From contig OX597820.1 of NCBI GenBank assembly GCA_951406725.2, positions 27,528,001 to 27,592,000 of the forward strand: a stretch of DNA of 64,000 bases. The letters are read 5' to 3'. Position 1 is the stretch's first letter, and the number at the start of each line of letters is the position of its first letter. Below, in pieces: positions 54,747 through 64,000 of the stretch. This DNA comes from Octopus vulgaris (lineage: Eukaryota). The notes under the pieces were generated by a model. That model worked only from the letters and a program-made list of their open reading frames with translations, was not told where the DNA came from and did no database searches. The position numbers and the translations under genes are program-made.

Positions 54747-55829
54747 TATTCTTTTCCATGTTTCTGTCATTGGACTGTGGTCATGCTAGTATACAATCTT
54801 TAAGCGCTTAATCGAAGAAATTCAACCCAAGTCATACTCTTTTTAAATACAGTGTATTTTTCTATCAGTCTCTTTTGCAGAAACCTTAGTTATGGGGTCG
54901 CAAACAAACAGTGTTCGTAAACAGGAATGAAAACAAACACAATTATATAAAGACATACACGAACCCACGCACGCAGACACACAAACATACACACAGACAT
55001 ACACACACAGACACACAAACACATACACACGCAGAAAGACACACACACACACAAGCACGCACATGCACACACGCGCGCTCATACCTGTTCAATGGCCATT
55101 TTTTCTTCCAGTTTCTTACAACTAAAATCAGTCACAAAACATTGATCGGCCCGGATTTACGGCAGAAGACACTTGTGACGCTTGCCCAGTCAAATTGAAC
55201 GCAAACCGCCTGTTTGCTTGTCGAACTTCGTAACTATTAAGGTTCTGCTTCATCAATAAGGAAAGTTGATTTATACTCTCATTTCATTATACTTATCACT
55301 GAATTCAATCTGAAAACAATATTATTAGTGGACAGGAATTCTATAAATTCACTATGGATGTGGTTTTCTGTTTTCGAAATAACTTCAAAATTGAAAATGT
55401 TATTTTCTAAATACAGCGAAAAATCAAGATTTCTGGTTATTTCTATTTTTACGAGTTTCAAATCATCAGAAACCAAATATGAATGATACATATACATATA
55501 TACACACATCCATCCATATAACTAATACAGTGACAGACACTGACGTGTGTGTGAGTCTGTGTGTCTGTGTGAGTGATTATATCGTTAGAGAGTATTTTGT
55601 AATTATATATTTTGCTACGTAATGAATATTATGTTTTTAGAAAATCTTATTTTCCATTTTATTACTTCGTGTATCAGATTACAAAAATTGCTGACAACTC
55701 AGTTCTGTGCTACATTTACATTTAAATTCATATCTTATACATACACATGCCTATATATGTACTTATGAGTGTGTTGTCATTATACATACATACACACACA
55801 CATATATACATATTTATATATATATATTT

Positions 55830-56220
55830 ATATATATGTGTGTGTATGGATATACGTAGATATGCATGTACGTAGTTATGCATATACATATATGTGGATG
55901 TAAATGCTTATGTTTATGCATATATGTAGATATATGTCTGTCATACTGTCGACTAGGTTGCTCAAAATCAAATTTCAACGTCCAGTAAAATTATATTATA
56001 TGTAGAAATAATTGGAGGATTGTTTCATGTTCCGAAATAACAGATTGGTAACAAAGTAATAAGTAAGAAAATGGATAAAAACAGCAGACAGAGTTAGGCG
56101 TAAATGAAATATAGTCGCCATACTTCTACACGTTACGGCTTGATTGGATGAAAACTTTACCTTATTGTCTAGTAAATATGAAAATAAAGTGTAGGTTGGG
56201 AAAATATTTATGTATATATG

Positions 56221-56255
<35 letters not shown>

Positions 56256-56298
56256 ATGCATATATATATATATATATGTATACATATGTATATATGTA

Positions 56299-56355
<57 letters not shown>

Positions 56356-57056
56356 CAAGGTAGAAAATGCTAAAATAATTTCATCAAGAAGTACATTTTA
56401 GTACCCGTTTCCGTGTATTAGACTTTTTCAGCTAAGAGTAAAATAAGAAAAAAAAATTGAAGGAAAAAAAATAGTGAAATGTTTTGTAGATATTTCCATA
56501 GTCTTTAAGTAGATAAATAATTCCATAGTCTTCGGATTGTCTGCCTATTTCTCTGTTCTTTGTGAATGCCTCGTAGGCATTCACAATACCCGGTAAAATA
56601 CTACAAGAATGTAAAACAATTCCCACGACTACTTGTACGACCACAACAGGTTACTTTTAGGCCATTTGACCATTAAAAAATATTCCATGGAAAATCTACT
56701 GTGTTACAACACTCTTGTATTTTTCTTGTCTTTTCTTTCTCCATCTCTTTCTTGTTTCACTACTCCTACTTTTCTCTGTCCTTCATCTTCTCCTTATTCT
56801 TTTTCTTCTCCTCCCTCGGCTGCTCCTGCTTACACTATCAATTCTCGGTACCCAAAATATTCCTTCAAATTTACCCACCTACGAGGCATTCACAAAGAAA
56901 CAGAGGCAGACGGACAGACAGACAATCTGAAGACTATGGAAATATCTACAAAACATTTCCCTTATTTTTTTTCTTCAATTTAATTGATATTTTCGGATAT
57001 TACTCTTAGTTGAAAAAGTCTAAATGACGGAAACCGGCACTAAAATGTACTTCATG

Positions 57057-57128
<72 letters not shown>

Positions 57129-57178
57129 TATATATATATAAATATATGTAGATTGGGAAAAATATATATGTTTATATT

Positions 57179-57255
<77 letters not shown>

Positions 57256-57625
57256 TTTTCCCAATCTACACTTTATTTTTATTTGTACTAGACATTAAGG
57301 TAACATTTTAATCCAATTAAACCGTGACGTGTAGAATTATGGCGACTAAATTAAATTTACTCCAAAATTTGTCTACTGTTTATGCATTTTCTTACTTATT
57401 ACTTTGGTACTAATCTGTTATTATAGAACATGAAACAATCGTCCAATTATTTCTACATATAATATGATTTTACTGGACGTTGAAATTTGATTTTGAGCAA
57501 CCTAGTCGACAGTATGACAGACATATATCTACATATAAGCATAAACATAAGCATTTACGTCCACATATATGTATATGCATAACTACGTATATGCATATCT
57601 ACATATATTAACACACACACTCACA
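55830..57625. repeat. ~1.8-kb inverted repeat (arms about 55830-56577 and 56878-57625, ~300-bp spacer)
   Basis: For example CTGTCATACTGTCGACTAGGTTGCTCAAAATCAAATTTCAACGTCCAGTAAAA (55938) against its reverse complement at about 57468-57520. Inner junction TGTGAATGCCTCGTAGG / CCTACGAGGCATTCACA. Confidence 0.92.
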
Positions 57626-57814
57626 CATATGTATATATGTATATAAATACTGTTGTATAAACACACAGGTGTACACGTGTGTGAATATAAGAATGTAAGT
57701 AGTACCCGGTTTTTCTAAGATCATCTATGTGAATACATGTGGAGTCCCTGCATCAGCAAGGGCAAGCGGCGCAATCTGTGCTTAGCAGTAGGGACAACCA
57801 TATCAAAGAAACCC

Positions 57815-58068
57815 CTCGAACATCCTAAATTCTATGACGGAAGTCTTGGGACCCTGCTTACATTTTAAGCGATTCCTACTGAAATCTGAGGATCGCAAGC
57901 TGACTGGTTAGTTTCTGGATAGTAGTATAAAGGAGACAATCCCTTCTCGAACATCCTAAATTTTAAGACGGAAGTCTTTGGACCCAGCTTAAGCGAGTTT
58001 TACTGAAATCCTAGGAATGCAAGCTGACTGGGTGGTTTCAGGATAGTGGTATAAGTGAGACAATCCTT
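57815..58068. repeat. Two diverged ~130-bp tandem units within a (TA)n-terminated element (about 57740-58320)
   Basis: CTCGAACATCCTAAATT..GACGGAAGTCTT..ACTGAAATC..GCAAGCTGACTGG..GAGACAATCC at 57815 and 57946. Confidence 0.85.
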
Positions 58069-58328
58069 TGCGATTGGCATACCTCTTTTGTCTGTGTATT
58101 CAGTAACTACACACGAGGTCTATCCTTCCTCCATTCTTCCGAGATATTATAGGCCACCGGCCATTAGGCCCTGGCGTGACATTGTAAAGCTAAGCGCTTT
58201 AGGGACACGAAAACCTGGGTTACCCTATAAACCGACCATGAACATCTTTGTCTAAATACTCTATTGCTCTATAAGTTAAAGTTTTCTTTTCTTTGTTATA
58301 TACGATTTACGGACGATATGCGTGTATG

Positions 58329-58423
<95 letters not shown>

Positions 58424-58449
58424 ATATATGTATATATATATGTGTGTGT

Positions 58450-58762
58450 GTGAAGGCGCGTGGCTCAGTGGTTAGGGCATTCAGCTTATCGTCGTGAGTT
58501 CATTTCCCGGGATGCGTTGTGTCCTTGAGTAAGACACTTTATTTTACGTTGCTCCAGTCCTCCACTCCAATCAGCTGGCAAAAATGAGTAGTACCTGTAT
58601 TTCAAAGAACCAGTTTTGTCACGCTGAATCTACCTGAGAACTACGTTAAGGGTACACGTGCCGGTGGAGTGCTCAGCCACTTACGCGTTAATTTCATGAA
58701 CAAGCTGTTCCATTGATCGTATCAACAAGGACCCTCGTCATTGTAACCGATAGAGTGTTCCT
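58450..58762 (+). mobile_element. SINE, family D head with a third tail type
   Basis: GTGAAGGCGCGTGGCTCAGTGG head and GTCCTTGAGTAAGACACTT core. Distinct tail (..GAGAACTACGTTAAGGGTACACG..GTAACCGATAGAGTG). Confidence 0.78.
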
Positions 58763-58799
58763 TATGTGTGTACATGTGCATATATTTATATATTCGTTT

Positions 58800-59097
<298 letters not shown>

Positions 59098-59198
59098 TGT
59101 GTGTGATTGTGTATAGAAGAATATATTAATAAAAGAATTCCAACCTTGTCTGATTTTCATTTTATTTACAATCTTATATATATATATATATATATATA

Positions 59199-60258
59199 AT
59201 TGAATAAATAAAATGAAATAGTAGAATGTTAAATATTCATTCTGATTGAACTAGTACTATATATACACTATGAGAGTTGCCCATTCGACAGGTAAAATCT
59301 AAATAATCTGAAAATTCATTCCAAATTTAGGAGTCAGAATAAATGTATTAACATAAGTGGGGTTCGAACGCACGCGGATGGATGTCAATTGGAGTTAATT
59401 TCAACGCTTTAACCATTCTTCCATTAAGCAATTTCTTAGATGTTAATATCTGATATAATTCATCTATACACAGGTTGAATCTAGCATCATTAATTTTATA
59501 TGATCTAGCACGAGTAAGTATTTTCCAATTTATTTTGTGTGATTTCTTACTATCGTTCAATTCCCAAATTAGTTTACTTAGTCTAATACTGTTAAACCTA
59601 TCTCTGTTCCTAAAGGTGCACTCATGGTTTGCTATCCGTTTTTTAATAAAATTTTCTGCAGACCCCACGTAAATAAAGCATCCTTCGTTCCGAATCCACC
59701 ATACATCTATATACAATATTGTTCTGTAAACTAAAACATTTAAATAAACATTTATCCTTATATCTCCAATCACAGTCTCTAGCTAGTTAATTATCAGTAA
59801 TATTATTATTTTATTATTTTTTCTTTTATTATAAAAATTGCCCAAGCTTTCATTATTAAAAGAGGAAATAATTCTAAACAAATTTTTAGATACTGAAATA
59901 CCTATTCTAATCCTTTTATTATTAATTATTTTGTGATATTTATGTTCTTTATTATTGTGCTTAGATATATATCTGTAAAATAGCTTGACCAGATTCGTTT
60001 TTATCTGTCGCGCGTAAAGAATGATAAACCAAATATAATTATCTTAACATCATTGGGTGTATTTGGGTTGGCATATGGTGTATATTTATTATCATTAAAA
60101 CTAAGTTTATTTAAATATTTATTTTTATTCAGGGCATATTTACCATTCTTGTTCTTATTGATATTGCTAGTATTGTTAATCATATCATTAGTATTTACAA
60201 ATAAATTGGATACTTTTCTACTATTATATTCACCCCCTTCGTTATCAATCAATTTTTC

Positions 60259-60260
<2 letters not shown>
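59199..60260 (-). mobile_element. Decayed PLE (Hydra-like GIY-YIG type), 5'-truncated, within (TA)n
   Basis: KYHKIIN..RIGIS..CDWRYKDKC..NIVY..YVGSAENFIKKRIANHECTFRN..LSKLIWEL..INWKILTRARSY..NLCIDE..LLN. Stops and frameshifts. (TA)n at both ends. Confidence 0.82.
59349..59430 (-). pseudogene. Degenerate tRNA-Leu(TAA)-like sequence inside the PLE
   Basis: ATGGAAGAATGGTTAAAGCGTTGAAATTAACTCCAATTGACATCCATCCGCGTGCGTTCGAACCCCAC aligns by eye with a recalled metazoan tRNA-Leu(TAA) sequence (ATGGCCGAGTGGTTAAGGCGTTGGACTTAAGATCCAATGGACA..TCCGCGTGGGTTCGAACCCCAC), including the long variable arm. Confidence 0.72.
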
Positions 60261-60304
<44 letters not shown>

Positions 60305-60541
60305 TAGTTTATTGCATTTATGTTGAGCAGAATTGTGTTGAACCGCACTCAGCATTTTGCAGTTATTTAATGGTTTAATGTTTGAAATACACTAACTGGA
60401 ACAACAATTGTTGAGGAGGGAACGAAAATAATCATCGTTAAATGATATGTTGATTCTAATTTCAGTAACATTTGGTAAACTTTACAACCGTTTCAAAATA
60501 TGACATGCATGCATTCAAGTACAAATGTACACACTCGTATA

Positions 60542-60611
<70 letters not shown>

Positions 60612-60701
60612 TCGCTCTTAAAAGTACAAACGCATTCGTTTCTCTCTTTATATATATTTAATTGTATATAAAACAGAATATAATATAATACGATATATAT
60701 G

Positions 60702-60780
<79 letters not shown>

Positions 60781-61851
60781 ATGTATATGTATATATATAT
60801 ATATTCAGAAATATATATGCGTGTTTGTGTGTAAAGATATGTATGTGTGTGTATTAATGTGCGTGTGTGTGATTGTTTATACATAAGTTAATGGTTTCTC
60901 GATCACAATAATTACTGAACGTCTGAAATATCTTATTTGCCATTTACGCATTAGGTTTATATTGTAAAACAGCCTTTAATTTCTTTCCTTTCTATTTTTC
61001 TCTCTCATATCACCTGCTCGATTTAAAATGAATGTCTAATCTGTCAATATTCTGCAAATTGCAGTTCGTATTCTCTTCTTTCTGACTTAATCTCACTTAT
61101 CATTTTAAGCCACTTAATGATCTAATTGTGCATGATTTTTTTGTATATAAGGTCGAATATTAAGGCCTGTTTTTTTTTCTTTCTACATCTTGTACATTGT
61201 GTTCCATATAAACTTTACCTCACAAAGTAGTTTTTCTTATTTAAGAGGCTTTGTTTACTGATTGGCCTACATAAGCATATTTTCTTCTTTTCGTTTCTTT
61301 TTTGTTTTTTTTTGCTTTAACAGAATACTATTCGGTCTATTTATGAGCTAGATGTCGCAAGAAAGGAAAACAGGTTACGAGGCCATTGCTTTTCACTGTT
61401 AAATTGTATGGGCATTATTCAGTGAATATAAAAAAAAAACGACAACTAACAAAAACTTGAAAAAAAAAAGTCAAAAGAACAGTTTGAAAGTAACAGTGTT
61501 TCTTTTTTTGTGTTTTCTTTCCATTACTTTTATCAGTAAAATTCTGATTTCAAATTTCACTTAACTTCCAGTTTGAGCGCGAGAAGAAAGTGCATGATTG
61601 AGAAAGAAAGAATGAAAGAAAAGAAGAAAGAAAGACAGAAAGAGTCTAACGCATTAAATAACTAAATCAATCAAAGCGAAGACGTGAATAAACTGCTACC
61701 TATCAAACATATCTTAATGAAATTAAATAGGGAATATTTATTGACATGTGACGATCGTCAATCTGATTTAAACGTAGTTTCAAATATCTAGTAGATGGTG
61801 TTTGTCTTATAAACTGGGTTAGGCTTTTCATCTCACTTCCACCTCACTTCT

Positions 61852-62100
61852 GTGGAGGCGCGTGGCTTAGCGGTTAGGGAGTCAGCATCATGATCGTAAG
61901 ATTGTGGTTTCGATTCCTAGCCCGGGCGATGTGTTGTGTTCTTGATCAAAACACTTCATTTCACGTTGCTCCAGTCCACTCAGCAGGCAAAAATGAGTAA
62001 CGCTGCGATGGACTTGGCGTCCGGTCCAGCTGGGGGAACACATACACCATAGAAACTGGAAAATCCGGCCCATGAGCCTGGCTAGGCTTTAAAAAGGCGC
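61852..62100 (+). mobile_element. SINE family D (left monomer of dimer)
   Basis: Closely matches 34126-34345. Confidence 0.9.
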
Positions 62101-62107
62101 ATTCTTT

Positions 62108-62410
62108 GTGGAGGCACATGGCCTAGTGGTTAGAGCAGTGGACTCGTGGCCGAGGGATCGCAGGTTTGAATGTCAGACCGGGTGATGTGTCTGTTTATGA
62201 GCGAAACACCTAAGCTTCACGCGGCTCTGGCAGAAGGTAATGGCGAACTTCTGCTGACTCTTTCGCCACAACTTTCTCTCACTCTTTCCTCCTGCATCTT
62301 GCAGCTCAACTGCGACAGACCGGCGTTCTGTCCAGGTGGGGAACGTATACGCCAAGGAAACCGGGAAACCGGTCCTTATGAGCCAGGCATAGCTCGAGAA
62401 GGAACAAACA
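62108..62410 (+). mobile_element. SINE family A (right monomer of dimer)
   Basis: Matches 12-284 and 52678-52981. Confidence 0.9.
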
Positions 62411-62552
62411 CCTCACTTCTGTTATTTATTTTGTTTATCATTAGAAGCCAATATATTACTGATTTTATTTCATTGACTTAGGAAGGGCAGTGTGGCACTT
62501 AATCATGCATACAGTCTGTATTGTTGTCCCTTGATCTTTTAACTTTTAACCG

Positions 62553-62925
62553 TTACTTGTTGCAGTCACTAGACTGCGGCCATGCTGGGGCACCGCCATG
62601 AATACTTTTTAGTCGAATGAATAGACCCTAGTACTTTTTTGTTAAGTCTGGTATTTATTCTCCTAGTTCCTTTTGCTGATTTAATTTATGGTAGCGTAAA
62701 CACACCAACGCTGGTTGTGGAGAGCTGGTGGTGGATACAGACACAAAACACACACACACGAACAAACATACATATATAAAGATATTATATTCAACGGGAT
62801 TCTTTCAGTTTCCGTCTACCACATCCACTCACAAGTCTTTGGTTGACCCGGGATTATAACAAAAGACACTTGCTGAAGACACCACACAGTGGGACTGAAT
62901 CTGAAACCATGTGGTTAGAAAGCAA
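62553..62925 (-). mobile_element. SINE family B, older copy
   Basis: Diverged reverse-complement match, head-to-head with 63121. Confidence 0.8.
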
Positions 62926-63120
62926 GCAATCTTCTTTATTTCATAAACCGGCTAAGGAAGCCGTACGTAGATGGGACAAACAAGGACAGACAGACACAGA
63001 GGGTGAAGAAGTTGCTTATTACGAATGAAAATGTTTCGAATGATAAAATATAAATGTCATGCTGTTAAAAATTATATATTTTTTTCTTTGAAAAATTTCA
63101 ATATATACTTGATGATCATT

Positions 63121-63282
63121 GCAGGAGTGGCTGTGTGGTAAGTAGCTTGTTTACCAGCCACATGGTTCCGGGTTCAGTCCCACTGCGTGGAACCTTGGGC
63201 AAGTGTCTTCTACTATAGCCTCGGGTCGACCAAAGCCTTGTGAGTGGATTTGGTAGACGGAAACTGAAAGAAGCCTGTCGTA

Positions 63283-63369
<87 letters not shown>

Positions 63370-63578
63370 TTGTGTGTCTGTGATTGTCCCCCTAGCATTG
63401 CTTGACAACCGATGCTGGTGTGTTTACGTCCCCGTCACCTAGCGGTTCGGCAAAAGAGACCGATAGAATAAGTACTGGGCTTACAAAGAATAAGTCCCGG
63501 GGTCGATTTGCTCGACTAAAGGCGGTGCCCCAGCATGGCCGCAGTCAAATGACTGAAACAAGTAAAAGAGTAAAGAGT
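63121..63578 (+). mobile_element. SINE family B, full length
   Basis: Head GCAGGAGTGGCTGTGTGG, B-box-like GGTTCAGTCCC, internal (TA)n(TG)n, tail GTAAAAGAGT. Confidence 0.93.
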
Positions 63579-63624
63579 ATTGCAAATTTTGCAATTTGTG
63601 ACTGAAGGAAAGGTATCCAGCCGC

Positions 63625-64000
63625 CAGGTTCGAACCTTTACTTTTCCTTCTAGTTCCACATACTTGGTCCCAGTCACTTGCATCTCTTCTCCGACCTGAT
63701 CTTGCTATCGAGGTGGTAACTAAAGAAGTTAACCAACCACTGGCCGGAGACGAAAGTACCTGTCACTATACCTCTTACACGCGTCTTCCATACTGTTTCT
63801 TTCAGTATGGCTACTACGCAGAAAAAAAACAGGCATTCTTTTTCCTGTTAAGGGAAGGATACGGCACAATCTTGATAATAGCCTCGGCCGATAGCTGTAC
63901 TCTTCCCGTAGTTAACGAAAGCTGTCAGTCCCGATAATTCCGGACACGCCACGAAGGCGTGAAAGTCAGTTTCTCTGTCCCGCCCGCACCTCGGGCATAT
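63625..64000 (-). pseudogene. L1/Tx1-clade LINE ORF2 C-terminal zinc-knuckle region (continues beyond window)
   Basis: Minus strand ICPRCGRDRETDFHAFVACP (CX2C..ET..H....CP), then after a frameshift ..KETVWKTR.. (W..R motif). Confidence 0.8.

Noticed and set aside
56927-56946. CTGAAGA-CTATG-GAAA
   Set aside because: There is no helix II or supporting helix I/III.

Overview
This is AT-rich, microsatellite-dense animal genomic DNA, intronic or intergenic. The repeat complement suggests an octopod cephalopod (inference). I can support no host protein-coding gene; nearly all ORF-track entries are translations of (TA)n, (CA)n, (ATCT)n or (AAT)n tracts or of SINEs. Real coding remnants are all transposon-derived: four mariner copies, a maT-like Tc1/mariner fragment, RTE and L1/Tx1 LINE fragments, and Penelope-like elements (PLEs). 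One PLE is a young Neptune-type RT/GIY-YIG copy at 47.7-49.7 kb; four are decayed pieces of a second, Hydra-like GIY-YIG type. At least four tRNA-derived SINE families are present (about 30 copies). The most notable hidden layer is a set of type I hammerhead ribozyme motifs, read by eye. Five have a complete core and helices (4972, 21050, 42837, 47871, 51191) and about seven are decayed. They lie in unrelated short modules, usually adjoining (TA)n microsatellites and often folded back into inverted repeats, and they show compensatory C3-G8, U3-A8 and G3-C8 cores. Other oddities: a PLE whose endonuclease C-terminus runs into a tRNA-Leu(TAA)-like sequence, a 1.8-kb palindrome with a step in arm identity, a two-family SINE dimer under one target-site duplication (TSD), and a 588-bp non-coding element inside (AAT)n.
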